Source of the DNA: Macrostomum lignano
Lineage: Eukaryota
Assembly (NCBI GenBank): GCA_002269645.1
Contig: NIVC01002407.1
Span: 84,233 to 148,232 of the forward strand
Direction: 5' to 3'
Length of the DNA: 64,000 bases
Shown: piece after piece, positions 35,201 through 47,200 of the stretch
Layout: each line of letters begins with the position of its first letter
Numbering within the stretch: position 1 is the stretch's first letter
The notes under the pieces: generated by a model
Database searches by the model: none
Told to the model about the DNA's origin: nothing
What the model saw: the letters and a program-made list of their open reading frames with translations, nothing else
Program-made: the position numbers and the translations under genes

Positions 35201-36143
35201 ACAATTGGGTGCGGCCTGGGTTGCTGGGGCTCGCGAATACGTCACTGAACTCCAGCAGAAGGCGTTCGACTTGCTGCCGCTCCTCGGTTGGGATGTCATC
35301 GGCGATTTGCACCTCGTCCTGCCAGGTCGTTGCAGTAGTCGGATCTGCCTCGCTGGCATCACCAGATCCTCCGGCTTGCAGGTGCGCCAGGGCTCGGCCA
35401 GACAGCGGGTTGAAGTTGCCGACGATGTCGCCCTCCTTGATCTCGACTGTCTCATCTCTGGTGTTGATGACAGCAACCCCCATTCCGTGGTCAACCAGCT
35501 TGGACACGCTGCGGCCGATCATCACTTTGGCCGCCTTGCTGCCGCAGACAACGCCTGGTGCCTCCGAGTTCGTCCACGCTGCCGCGCTCGCTGGCCGCAC
35601 CGGAATGATCCAGCCATCGCCTGGCTGCAGTCGAACCGTGGCTGCCGCTGCCAGCTTGCAAGTCTGGGCCGCCTGCCTGGATGTCCGCATTGGCAAGGTG
35701 ACGCCGAGGCCGTTGAACTCGAGAATGCCTGATCTCAGGTGAATCGAAATGTCAAATTTGTTTAGGAAGTCGCAGCCCAGAATTACCGGTGCGCTGAGGC
35801 AGGTCACTGCCAGGAATCTGTGTCGAAAATGAAGCGGACCAAGAAAAAAACTTATCTCAATTTCGCCCAGCACTGTTGCTTGATTGCCGCCCACGCCATA
35901 GATGGTTGTTGAGCTGGGTCTCAGCTGCCGTCTGAGCCTGGCCGAGTGCACGATGTCGCCGTTGATGCAGGAGATCTCGGCACCGGTGTCGATCATGCAC
36001 GGCCGGCGTTTTCTGAGCATGCGCGAGGTGATGAAGCGCACTTGGTCGGGCTGGCAGCTGGGGCGTGGGGGCTGGGCCGAACTGTTTAGTGCTGAGAGGG
36101 CCGGTGCTGGCCCATTGGACCAGCCCCCCCAGCGTTTGGGCAC
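32205..36143 (-). CDS. pol: Gypsy Pol polyprotein (protease, RT, RNase H, integrase)
   Basis: IDTGAEIS; FIDDVIV; LDTDASD..ELLAV; HELGHLG..CQVC; DDE core; GPF motif; no internal stops; -1 frame relative to gag. Confidence 0.97.
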   Translation of the reverse strand: MPKRWGGWSNGPAPALSALNSSAQPPRPSCQPDQVRFITSRMLRKRRPCMIDTGAEISCINGDIVHSARLRRQLRPSSTTIYGVGGNQATVLGEIEISFFLGPLHFRHRFLAVTCLSAPVILGCDFLNKFDISIHLRSGILEFNGLGVTLPMRTSRQAAQTCKLAAAATVRLQPGDGWIIPVRPASAAAWTNSEAPGVVCGSKAAKVMIGRSVSKLVDHGMGVAVINTRDETVEIKEGDIVGNFNPLSGRALAHLQAGGSGDASEADPTTATTWQDEVQIADDIPTEERQQVERLLLEFSDVFASPSNPGRTQLLKHEIDTGNARPIRQGLRRLAPTAIAQQKELVNEMLAKGVVRPSSSPWASPIVLVRKKDGSARFCLDYRLLNAVTKPDAFPMPRIDDTLDALEGNSYFSALDLESGYWQVEMNDRDKEKTAFVCHEGLFEFNVMPFGLRNAPATFQRLMQLVLRGLTWQACLVFIDDVIVMGQTIGQHNDRLRSVLERLREFNLRLKPSKCRFANTSMLVLGHRVSKTGITVDEGKTAAVRDWPVPRSSKDVKSFLGMTSYYRRFVREYANIAEPLRRLILPTPFEWTPEAEAAFNQLKQALLSAPILAFPDMSESGSEFILDTDASDCAIGAVLSQVQASEERVIAYASRALSRAERNYCVTRRELLAVVEFVKKFRSYLLPRAFTVRVDHQALTYLLAFKEPEGQLARWLQLLDEFNFKVVFRRGRQHGNADALSRREQKCTSQCRVCRPGTTAVAPAETSTAACQTEPTVEAPVPIAEPAGRVDTVRVNSVQTNAATSAPATSAAAQTNAEPERQGTSRRKQQLQPRPSESEDSSEDEISDEAIQEGEALSDASQSLRELQLRDPDIGPVFRLLSNGKTRFSASRRDRLSPESLILAQKIGDLCFVDGALNKLVKSKPVPVIPRCRQEEFIEEVHELGHLGEDKTLAALKQRCYWPKMAESVRLAVRSCQVCQRAKTPSQRRAPLQTMASGFPMQRVGIDVVKVGLSRRGNDRLLTIVDYFTKWVELVPLPDEKAATIAKALFDNWVTRFGAPHILHSDRGKAVDGKVIRSLCRLLEIQKTRTSGYHPQCDGLVERFHRTLHQMLRCHLQSVQPEDWEEVLPHCLLAYRSSVNATTGFTPHCLLTGREMTLPVDVVYRPPEPPMTVGQFAANNRDQLLRAYDSVRRSMATAQRRQRRYYDRKAKRCRFRVGDLVWVFVPPSALSRTTGLAPKHQAPWTGPFRVLQRTSPVNYLVRPIDYKDGDTGRVVHANKLKRAHQPRAPDPARSEATSDCSSEVLDDGWVLV

Positions 36144-37399
36144 CTCCGGCGGATGTGGCCAGGCTGATGGCAGCCGTAGCAGATGGGCACCGCCCTAGGC
36201 TGCTGCTGTTGATGTGCAGCGGCGTCAGCTGATCTCCATGGTGGCGCTGGGGCTGTCTGCGCTCGATGAGCCGCTGGCTGGTGATGTTGTGTCGTCTGTG
36301 GCCCATGCTGCGGTCGGGTTCCTGTCGGTGTTGACTGAACCGGTGCCGCTGGAGCTGACGCCTCGGCGCTGTGGTGCTGCGACTGGGAATTCATTATCTG
36401 CCGGGTCTCGCGCACTTGCTGGGCATAATGCAGGGCCTGATCCGGTGTAGTAAGAGGCAGCTGCATATTAAGCAGCCGCTCCGTCACGTAGTTGTCGTTC
36501 AGCCCTTGAATGAACCGCTCAAGCACAGTCTGCTGGCGACAGTCTTGAGCACCGAGCTCTGGGTAGGCCTTGAACGCGAGTCGCTGGAGGGCAGTCAGAA
36601 AATCCTCGAACCTCTCGTCCCTGCCCCGGCACCGACTGTGAAGCTCGCGCCGAAGTAGCGCAGTGCTGGTGGCACCGCCATGACGAGCGCGAAGGTGCTG
36701 CAGGAGATCTTCATAGCGGGCACTTGGCAGGAACTGCAGTGAAGTCCCAACGGGCTGTCCATGCTGCGCGCACAGTTGGTAGAGCCAGACCTCGTAGGTA
36801 GCGAATGCTGGTCCCAGGTAACTGCTGAGCGTGTTGATCTTGCTGTAGTCACTCAGTCCTTGGTGCCGGCTTAAATACGAAGACACTCGACCCAGAAAGT
36901 CATCGAACGGTTCGGATCCGTTGAAGGGCGCCGGCTTCGGCACCGACGGAAGCTGGATTGCTTGTTGATATACCGGTGCGCACAGGTTGCGGTCGCCAGC
37001 GCCAGGGTGAGATCCGCCTTGGAGCAACGGAGCCCATGGTTCGGCCATACGGTGCACAGAGGGTCTTGGTGGATGTGTCACTGCAGCTGCCGCAGCTGCC
37101 GCGGAAGGCCTGGTGTCCAGCAGGAATGAGTCTCCCGTCGCCATGTAGTTCGTTGACGGTTGGCCGGGCCCGGGGGGCACTGGCACTTGAGACTGACAGC
37201 AGCGTGCTTCATCGACAGAGATTTGCACAGGATCGAGGTCACGAAGCTCTTGATAGCGCCGCCAGTTCGCCTCCCGTTCGGATTCTGGCTCACTGGTTGA
37301 CGAAGAGGTGTAAGCCGTAGCCGCAGCGGTCGGACGTAAAATATCGCGATTTCTCAGTCTTAGCCGTTGAGGCTCTTCTGCCTCACGTTCTGACCACAT
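36086..37399 (-). CDS. gag: Gypsy Gag with CCHC zinc knuckle
   Basis: First ATG after the PBS is at 37399; CYGCHQPGHIRRRC; gag-like ERFEDFLTALQRLA..RFIQGL. Confidence 0.92.
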   Translation of the reverse strand: MWSEREAEEPQRLRLRNRDILRPTAAATAYTSSSTSEPESEREANWRRYQELRDLDPVQISVDEARCCQSQVPVPPGPGQPSTNYMATGDSFLLDTRPSAAAAAAAVTHPPRPSVHRMAEPWAPLLQGGSHPGAGDRNLCAPVYQQAIQLPSVPKPAPFNGSEPFDDFLGRVSSYLSRHQGLSDYSKINTLSSYLGPAFATYEVWLYQLCAQHGQPVGTSLQFLPSARYEDLLQHLRARHGGATSTALLRRELHSRCRGRDERFEDFLTALQRLAFKAYPELGAQDCRQQTVLERFIQGLNDNYVTERLLNMQLPLTTPDQALHYAQQVRETRQIMNSQSQHHSAEASAPAAPVQSTPTGTRPQHGPQTTQHHQPAAHRAQTAPAPPWRSADAAAHQQQQPRAVPICYGCHQPGHIRRRCPNAGGAGPMGQHRPSQH

Positions 37400-38696
37400 G
37401 ATGATCGATGACAGGTGCAACCTTCGGTCTTTTATGCTATGAAGAAATTCGTCCTGGCGTGGTCGCCAAATGTAACAAGAACGGAGGCAGGACACTAAAT
37501 TTGACTTTGAGCCTTGACCGCCCAATCACCAGCTTGCACAGCTGCCTGCTTACTAGGCACACTCTAAAGCATGGCCAGTAACAGTTCGAGCTATGATTCA
37601 GCATTTATTGGACTCACCATCGAGCTAAGGCGATGAAATTCAGCTGATATAAAGTTACGAATATAAAGTATTGAACGAAACGAAAATATACGAGTATTAT
37701 TACATTGCTATGCGATTACTTTGCTTTACTTAACACACGCCTCGAGTTGGCACCAATTTAAATTACGAAATTAAGGTGTACTACATTATTTATGAATAAC
37801 GTGACTGCGCTGCGAATTGCGCGCTTATGAACCTCTGCCCACCGAACTTTGTGAACTGTTTTGTTACGTGGCTATCATATGGTTATCGTTTAAATAGAAG
37901 AGAACTTTTTGTCTGTTTTTCCTGTTTCTTCAGTCCATTTTATCGTTTTACTTGTATCGAAATTGTCGGAAGACTGCACTGTACTCAGAGCTAGAACAGT
38001 TTGGTTCATGAATATTTTCTTTTATTAATTTAGCCTACTTTCTAAAAATTAGAAAACTTGCTCAAAGTAACTCGCAATCACTAAAAAAACTTTAAAATTT
38101 CCAAAACAGTTATTGTTTCTTGGAACGCCAGCTGCAATCTCGTCCTAAAGTGCAAACTGTCATTTGTCATGAAATGCCACCTAATCCCCTAAAGAACAAG
38201 CAATCCACTACAGAAATGAAACAGTCATCAACAAAACTTGATGAGATTGATAATGGATATCATGGAGAAAGCCTTCCTTGCCAAGTATCATCTGTTGCAG
38301 ATTCATCTATGCCACATGTTAATGTAAGCTGAATAAGCATAATATTGCTTAGATATATATTAGGCCTACTTATACAGATGTTTGTATGTTGTTAAATATT
38401 TTTATAGGCCTATTCAATAAGCAATTGCAGAAAATGCAGTTTGAATTAAAGTATAATTTTTGTCTATCCTGTAATTTATTATTATTAGGCTGGGTCTATA
38501 TTATTTATTTGCACTAGGCCTAGGCCTAAATATAACTAAACTATGAATTTAAGATATAGGCCCCTAGTATATATTTTGGGGATAAAGATATCATACCATA
38601 TAATATATTGGCTATATAACAAAGTGGCCATAGCATAGGACTGGAATATCCACATGACAAAATGGCCATATATAACATAAATAAAAAAGCAAATCT

Positions 38697-39852
38697 GAGG
38701 GTTATCCCAGAAATAATGGGAAAAACCAGTATAGAGGCTGACTGTGATTTTTGAATTTGATGCAACTTGTGTCATAAATAGAAAAAAATCCAACAGTCAT
38801 TTTGCTTTTTAAATGGGATAAAAATATCAATTTATTCAAGTTTTGTCTACAAATAAAACAAGGGATAAGGGGTAGAGTTACACCCTGGTTGCAGATTGTG
38901 CAGTGGTATATCCTGGAACAAGAACCCTAGCTCATCTAAATGTATACCAGTATACACCAAAAACAAAAAATTCCCTAAAATATACACCAAAAATTTCTTC
39001 TAAAAAAGGTCATTCAGTTTTTATAAGTAGAATTTTCTAAGAAAGGCTTTCATACAAAGTCTTTTAAAATGAAATGAAATAATATAAAATTTCATTTAAA
39101 ATAAAAATAAATAAAATGAATATTTTCATTTTAAACAAATCTAAATTATACTTACAGAAATAATGATGCAAAATTGACACTCTTAGCAATAATTTATACT
39201 AATTTTATTTATTGTTTATTTCAAAGAAGCAAAAAGTTTATCACTGACTTTCTAGACTATACCAATTTTCCTTTACTTTATGTAAAAACATTAATTTTAT
39301 TAATTTTATGCATTGTATACACCGGTTGTATACACCAAGGACTTAGGGTTGTTGTTTTGTATGCCGGAAAGTTCCAGCATATATGCATGCCATCTACAAC
39401 CTAGAGTTACATCAAGTCGAGGGGTCTGCAAAGTTGGTCACACAACATTGCCATTGCCTTTGACTGATGACTTTTCAACAAAGTCATCCCTCAGCCTATA
39501 GCTTGGAGCTATTCTGCTTCTGCTTCTGCTTTTTTTCAAGGGCTTATGTGCTCTTTTTTGTTTCTTTTTAGCTTTTTTGTTTGCTTTTGTTTTTGAATCA
39601 ATGGTTCTGATTAAACATTGAAAGTTTAGTCTATGGCCAGCATAGTAGTCTTGAATTGGTATAACTTTACCCCCTACCCCTTGTTATATTTATAGGCATA
39701 ACTTTTGAATTAATTGATATTTTTACCCCATTTAAATATTAAAAAGCAAACAGCCATTGGATTCTTTTTTACTTATGACACAAATTGCATCAAATTCAAA
39801 TATCACAGTCAGCCTCTGTATTAGTTTTTCCCACTATTTCTGGGATAACCCT
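38697..39852. mobile_element. Decayed AT-rich foldback/MITE-like element
   Basis: About 38697-38885 is an imperfect reverse complement of about 39660-39852 (GGGTTATCCCAGAAATA..GAGGCTGACTGTGAT). Confidence 0.6.
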
Positions 39853-40970
39853 TATATTTTGGCAAAAAATTATCTTTAGAATATGCTATCAGTTTAAAAA
39901 TTATTTTAATAGAAGTGTTTTTTATATGCATTTCTGTTTTATTTTATTTTTGTTCTTTGTCCTTGCATTTGCTTTCAGTTTTTTATTTGGATTTCTAAAT
40001 ATACTTAACTGCATTTTCTTCCATTTGCAACTTTACAGCTTGGATTTAGTACTTTGTGATAAATTTATTGGAATTCTGACCATTTTATCTAAAGCTAGCC
40101 ATTTTAATGAACAATTTATTGAGATTGATCAAGATTAATCCAGCTTTGGCAAAGAGGGAAAGGTTTTTTGTTATAGAAAATAGTCAAAATAAAAGTACAA
40201 ACTTTAAAAAGACATGCTTTTTATGCTATAGCAATTTTATTATTTGATTAGTGAAATATTGTTTAATTAAATGCCATTTTGTTATGGCTGAATTTCAAAG
40301 TACAATTTAAAAATTGGATCTGACCACACCATTATCCCTAATCTATTGATTGCACTTTGCATATACACTATAGTTTGGAACACTGTATATACACATCATG
40401 CATAAAAATATTTATACCAACAAAATCACTTTGTATGCCAACATGTATGCCAAATTTCCTGAGTGTACCCTAGAAATTTCCAAAGTATATGCCTTCTTCC
40501 TGACTATGGCATGTACATGCAGTAACAGCTACTAGCTAAGTCGTGAGTTTTTTTAATTTATAAACTGCAGATATGTGCAAGGCAGTCAATGAATAATTTT
40601 TTAAGAAGCTACAATCACCAAATGGGTATATTTGCAATTATATGTTATAAGTAGCCTATCTTTTTGCCTAACCGGTCACTTTTAACATCTATGTAAACAA
40701 AAAATTCACTTTTTCCAAATCATCTTTTGCCAAAAATTCCTTTGCCAAAATTGGCCACACCCTTGGTCATTCTGGTCATAACATGATTTGTGATCTGAGG
40801 GCATGATAAATGCAAAATGTAAATGTAAAAGGTATAAATGTAAAAACCTGAAGCACTGATTCATCAAACCGAGAAATTCCTCTCAATGTGGAATTTCGCC
40901 TTAATGACCAATGATTTAATGCTGTATTGTTGACAACAAGGCTGTATAAACCTTGAACTACCCCTGGCAG

Positions 40971-43576
40971 ACTTTGGATCCCCTGATCTGCTCGGACCAG
41001 TCGGTCATCTCACCAGACGATGCTGCAGTCGCAGACGCCAGCAGTGATGGCGGCAGCGGGCCGGCCCTGAGCACCGGCCGCCGGGTTCTCTATGGCCTGG
41101 CTGCTCCGCCATCTGCCATGTGCGGCAACATCTTGGGCTTCCTAATGTCCGTCTACCTGCTGGAGGTGGCCAAGCTGACCCCTGGCCTGGTGCTCACCAT
41201 AACATTCACCGGCCGGTTCTGGGACGCCGTCTCCGATCCCATTGTCGGCTATCTGGTGTCCCGGACTCGAACTCGATTCGGGAAATGCCGGCCCTGGGTG
41301 TTGGGCTCGGCGCCGTTCTGCGGCCTGGCCTTTTTCCTGTTCTTTAACACTCCCTCCTGGCAGTCGCTGTATGCGAGATTCGCCTACTATTTTATCGTGT
41401 ACCTAGGATTCTGCACCTTCTTGACGGTGAGTGGTTAACTTTTGACCAGCTCTAGAACCCTCGGTTGCTGGGCCAGCCTCTCAGATCCTCCGTTGCTGGC
41501 CAGCCTCCCACATCCTCAGTTGCTGGCCAGCCTCCCACATCCTCAGTTGCTGGGCCAGCCTCCCAGATCCCCAGTTGCTGGGCCAGCCTCCCAGATCCTC
41601 ATTACTGGGCCAGCCTCCCAGATCCTCAGTTGCTAAACCAGCCTCCCAGATCCTCAGTTGCTGGACCAGCCTTCCAAATCCTCAGTTGCTAAACCAGCCT
41701 CCCAGATCCTCAGTTGCTAAACCAGCCTCCCAGATCCTCAGTTGCTGGGCCAGCCTCCCAGATCCTCAGTTGCTAAACCAGCCTCCCAGATCCTCAGTTG
41801 CTGGGCCAGCCTCCCAGATCCTCAGTTGCTGGGCCAGCCTCTCAGATCCTCCGTTGCTGGCGAGCTTCCCAGATCCTCAGTTGCTGGGCCAGCCTTCCAG
41901 ATCCTCAGTTGCTGAACCAGCCTCCCAGATCCCCAGTTGCTGGGCCAGCCTCCCAGATCCTCAGTTGCTGGGCCAGCCTCTCAGATCCTCCGTTGCTGGC
42001 CAGCTTCCCAGATCCTCAGTTGCTGGGTCAGCCTCTCAGATCCTCCGTTGCTGGGTCAGCCTCCTAGATCTTCAGTTGCTGTGCCAGCCTCCCAGATCCT
42101 CATTACTGGGCCAGCCTCCCAGATCCCCAGTTGCTGGGCCAGCCTCCCAGATCCTCAGTTGCTGGGCCAGCCTCCCAGATCCCCAGTTGCTGGGCCAGCC
42201 TCCCAGATCCTCATTACTGGGCCAGCCTCCCAGATCCCCAGTTGCTGGGCCAGCCTCCCAGATCCTCAGTTGCTGGGCCAGCCTCCCAGATCCCCAGTTG
42301 CTGGGCCAGCCTCCCAGATCCTCAGTTACTGGGCCAGCCTCTCAGATCCTCCGTTGCTGGCCAGCTTCCCAGATCCTCAGTTGCTGGGTCAGCTTCCCAC
42401 ATCCTCAGTTGCTGGGCCAGCCTCCCAGATCCCCAGTTGCTGGGCCAGCCTCCCAGATCCTCATTACTGGGCCAGCCTCCCAGATCCTCAGTTGCTAAAC
42501 CAGCCTCCCAGATCCTCAGTTGCTGGACCAGCCTTCCAGATCCTCAGTTGCTAAACCAGCCTCCCAGATCCTCAGTTGCTAAACAAGCCTCCCAGATCCT
42601 CAGTTGCTGAACCAGCCTCCCAGCTTCTGAGGCTTATAACTAAGCTTGTGCCTCTAAGCTACGCAACTCATCCCATTCTATCACGGTATTCGCTGGCAGA
42701 TGTACCACATCCCCTACACGTCGATGACCATGCTGATATCGAACAGGCCAGCTGACAGGGACGCTGCTACAACTCTGCGTAAGTTGGGGTGCCAATTAAA
42801 TTTTTTAATTTCATATAAAAAGTTTCAAGGCGCAGTCTCTGCTTTGAATTGTTTCAATTCTCACACAAAAACACAGATTAGTCACTCATGTCGTGCATTT
42901 AGCTAGCCTCCTTTTTTGTTGTTTTGCCTAGTTAGTAACTAACTAAATATATGCATTGTATGCAAGAGTTTTATTAATGAAAATCTCTTATCTGCGCAGT
43001 TTTATAAAAGAAACTGCGTAGCATATTCTATTATTTCATTCATACTCATAAAATTTTTAGTTTGTACTTTCATTTCTCTCATTCTCAGGCTTCCAAGTTT
43101 CCTCACTCAATTTTGCTTAACAACCGCCACTCTCTGCTCCCTGCGTACGCTCTCCTCCTCGTCCTTAGCATCCTGTACTGGCATCCTCCCTCTCACTCCA
43201 CTCCCCCCTGTCTCTGTCTTCTCAAGTGCAAACCAGTCTCCCCATCATCTGGGTTCGCGCGTACCTTACCCTGACGGTTTGCCCTGTCTGCCTACTGTAG
43301 TGCCAGTGCGGCCACACCCTTCAACTGCCTCATCTGGTCCCATACTTATTTGCCTCCCGCCTCTCTAATCCCGCTGGGGTTCTCCCACGCAGCTTGTCTT
43401 CTGCCGGCTGTAGCGATTAAACCCATCTTATTCTCTATTCTGGGAGGTGAAAACGGTCACACCCGATTTAAGCGCCATTTTAAAAAAAAAATTACTATTG
43501 AGCCTGCTCACTGTGCTATGTAATATGCTATGCAATATGCTTGGCGCTTGCTCTTCTCAGATTATACTCTTGTCTA

Positions 43577-43639
<63 letters not shown>

Positions 43640-43642
43640 TAT

Positions 43643-43673
<31 letters not shown>

Positions 43674-43766
43674 GTTAGTGTCTGTCTGTCTGTCTGTCTT
43701 AGTGTCTGTCTGTCTGTCTTATTGTCTGTCTGTCTGTCTGTCTGTCTTAGTGTCTGTCTGTCTTAT

Positions 43767-43827
<61 letters not shown>

Positions 43828-43830
43828 TAT

Positions 43831-43861
<31 letters not shown>

Positions 43862-43878
43862 GTTAGTGTCTGTCTTAT

Positions 43879-43909
<31 letters not shown>

Positions 43910-43928
43910 TTGTCTGTTTGTCTGTCTA

Positions 43929-43987
<59 letters not shown>

Positions 43988-44010
43988 TAGTGTCTGTCTG
44001 TCTGTCTTAT

Positions 44011-44055
<45 letters not shown>

Positions 44056-44098
44056 TAGTGTCTGTCTGTCTGTCTTATTGTCTGTCTGTCTGTCTTAT

Positions 44099-44163
<65 letters not shown>

Positions 44164-44210
44164 TAGTGTCTGTCTGTTTGTCTGTCTGTCTTATTGTCTG
44201 TCTGTCTTAT

Positions 44211-44251
<41 letters not shown>

Positions 44252-47200
44252 TAGTGTCTGTCTGTCTGTCTGTCTGTCTGTCCTAGTGTCTGTCTTAGTG
44301 TCTGTCTGTCTGTCTGTCCTAGTGTCTGTCTGTATCTGCCACTGTATTTCTTCCTCTCTTCGCCTCTTCTCCAACAGTATTGAGTTGGCCGCTCACTGCT
44401 TGCTTGTTCGATTTGCTGTATTGATCGGGCCTGGCAAAGTTGTTGGTTTAACTTTCTCAGCTCTATAAATAGAAATGGAAAGTGTAAGCCGCACATCTTC
44501 AGCTGTTGATTACAGCTGGATTTTCTCTCACGTGACTCGCCTTGGTACTTAGGGAAACTTGTTTTTCCCTAGCCAATAGTTCGCAGCTGCTTAGCAATCA
44601 GAGGGTCAGAAACATGTTATGTTCACTAGCTCCGTGCACACTTTACTTGGCGTGTCATTCTATACGTTTTCTAAACTACTGTATATGGACTGAAGGAAGA
44701 TAACCGCCGCCTTCTCTCTCTCTTCTCTTCTCTCTTTCTTAATACTAAAGTTGGTGCGTTGTTTGTCTGTGTGTGTGTGTGTTTGTTGGATAACTCCTCC
44801 TAGAATACTTGCAAGTCAGCGTTGAAACTTATATGGGAAAACTGCAAATTTTCCGAGGATGGCTTTAGGCTATTTTAATCTTTCATTTTCAATTTTTAAG
44901 ATCCCTAAAAAAGCAGAAAATGGCGGTCTTGACCTTTGATAATCTTAATTGTCCCCTCTTTCTGCTTGGAGCTGAAAATTTGCATCAATTTTAGTGATTG
45001 CGCCATAAAATTTTTCTATCTTGGCAGTGTATTTTCTCTCAAGTGGGGGGATGGTCGCGTTCTCAGTGGCTGCGTGTGTACACTTGAACCCTGGCTCACT
45101 GACTGACTTTATAGACAATTGCGCAACTATTTGTGTTCTGTTTTTTAACAGGAAGCCCTGTGTATTTTTTGCACAGTGAAATTCAGTGCATTTTAATGCA
45201 TAAACTTGCGAGCATCTTTAGCAGGCAGTGAACGTACACTCGATATTTCAATGCTTAAAATCAGAAAGTTTCAAACACTAACTGTTGCTCGAGTTTTGAA
45301 CTTAGAGAGGAGAGACTTATATTGCTGGAAAGATCTTGCTGCAATGAGTTCGGGGATATAAGTTTTTTGCTTTAAATATGAAAATTAAATTCACAGCATT
45401 CAAGAAAAGATTTTCATACTTTTAGCTTTCTGCAAAGATTGTGCTCATTTTGGAGTTCAATGGGGGTTCGACCGACCCCCAATAGTTGGTGGGGGGGGTT
45501 CAATTTCTAGCTGCACTGCGTATTGGAAGGGGGGTCGGTTGCTGTGTATTTGAGGGTTGATTTAGATTGCGCAATCTTTTTGTTAACTTTAACTGAGGCT
45601 GATACTGACTGCCTGAGAAATAAGTTGCGCAATTTAATTGGTTCAATGTTTTTACGGCGCCTTTCAACACGCAGCTGTCAACCCTAACCCTAACCCTAAC
45701 CAATGAATTCTGAGAGCTGGGCTATTTGACGTAGAAATTTCGATTTAGTCCAGTTTCACGGAGAGGATTTCTATTTCGCGGAGAATATTTCGATGGTGTT
45801 CAGTTTCACGGAGAGGATTTCGATAGTGTTCAGTTTCACGGAGACGATTTCTGTTGCGCGGAGAGGTGTTGGAAAATGGGATTCCGCTTATGGAGTTCAG
45901 GGAATGGAATTCCGCTGATTGGAGTTCTTCCCCTTTCTTCTCCGAAGGAGGAGTTGGCCTCGTTAATACTAAAGTTGGTGCGTTGTTTGTCTGTGTGTGT
46001 GTGTGTTTGTTGGATAACTCCTCCTAGAATACTTGCAAGTCAGCGTTGAAACTTATATGGGAAAACTGCAAATTTTCCGAGGATGGCTTTAGGCTATTTT
46101 AATCTTTCATTTTCAATTTTTAAGATCCCTAAAAAAGCAGAAAATGGCGGTCTTGACCTTTGATAATCTTAATTGTCCCCTCTTTCTGCTTGGAGCTGAA
46201 AATTTGCATCAATTTTAGTGATTGCGCCATAAAATTTTTCTATCTTGGCAGTGTATTTTCTCTCAAGTGGGGGGATGGTCGCGTTCTCAGTGGCTGCGTG
46301 TGTACACTTGAACCCTGGCTCACTGACTGACTTTATAGACAATTGCGCAACTATTTGTGTTCTGTTTTTTAACAGGAAGCCCTGTGTATTTTTTGCACAG
46401 TGAAATTCAGTGCATTTTAATGCATAAACTTGCGAGCATCTTTAGCAGGCAGTGAACGTACACTCGATATTTCAATGCTTAAAATCAGAAAGTTTCAAAC
46501 ACTAACTGTTGCTCGAGTTTTGAACTTAGAGAGGAGAGACTTATATTGCTGGAAAGATCTTGCTGCAATGAGTTCGGGGATATAAGTTTTTTGCTTTAAA
46601 TATGAAAATTAAATTCACAGCATTCAAGAAAAGATTTTCATACTTTTAGCTTTCTGCAAAGATTGTGCTCATTTTGGAGTTCAATGGGGGTTCGACCGAC
46701 CCCCCAATAGTTGGTGGGGGGGGTTCAATTTCTAGCTGCACTGCGTATTGGAAGGGGGGTCGGTTGCTGTGTATTTGAGGGTTGATTTAGATTGCGCAAT
46801 CTTTTTGTTAACTTTAACTGAGGCTGATACTGACTGCCTGAGAAATAAGTTGCGCAATTTAATTGGTTCAATGTTTTTACGGCGCCTTTCAACACGCAGC
46901 TGTCAACCCTAACCCTAACCCTAACCAATGAATTCTGAGAGCTGGGCTATTTGACGTAGAAATTTCGATTTAGTCCAGTTTCACGGAGAGGATTTCTATT
47001 TCGCGGAGAATATTTCGATGGTGTTCAGTTTCACGGAGAGGATTTCGATAGTGTTCAGTTTCACGGAGACGATTTCTGTTGCGCGGAGAGGTGTTGGAAA
47101 ATGGGATTCCGCTTATGGAGTTCAGGGAATGGAATTCCGCTGATTGGAGTTCTTCCCCTTTCTTCTCCGAAGGAGGAGTTGGCCTCGTCTAAATACTAAA

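Larger units (their letters stand above)
31221..37785 (-). mobile_element. Full-length Ty3/Gypsy LTR retrotransposon, 6565 bp
   Basis: Identical 315-bp LTRs (TG...CA) at 31221-31535 and 37471-37785; 4-bp TSD TTAT; PBS TGGCGACCACGCCAGGAC at 37468-37451; PPT AGGGGGTAG next to the 3' LTR; domain order PR-RT-RH-IN. Confidence 0.98.

Noticed and set aside
32260-37320. Many + strand ORFs inside the Gypsy element
   Set aside because: Antisense shadows of gag and pol with no recognisable motifs
41442-42610. QLLGQPPRSSVAG-repeat ORFs here and at 56.4-57.0 and 62.0-63.2 kb
   Set aside because: Translations of the 28-bp minisatellite
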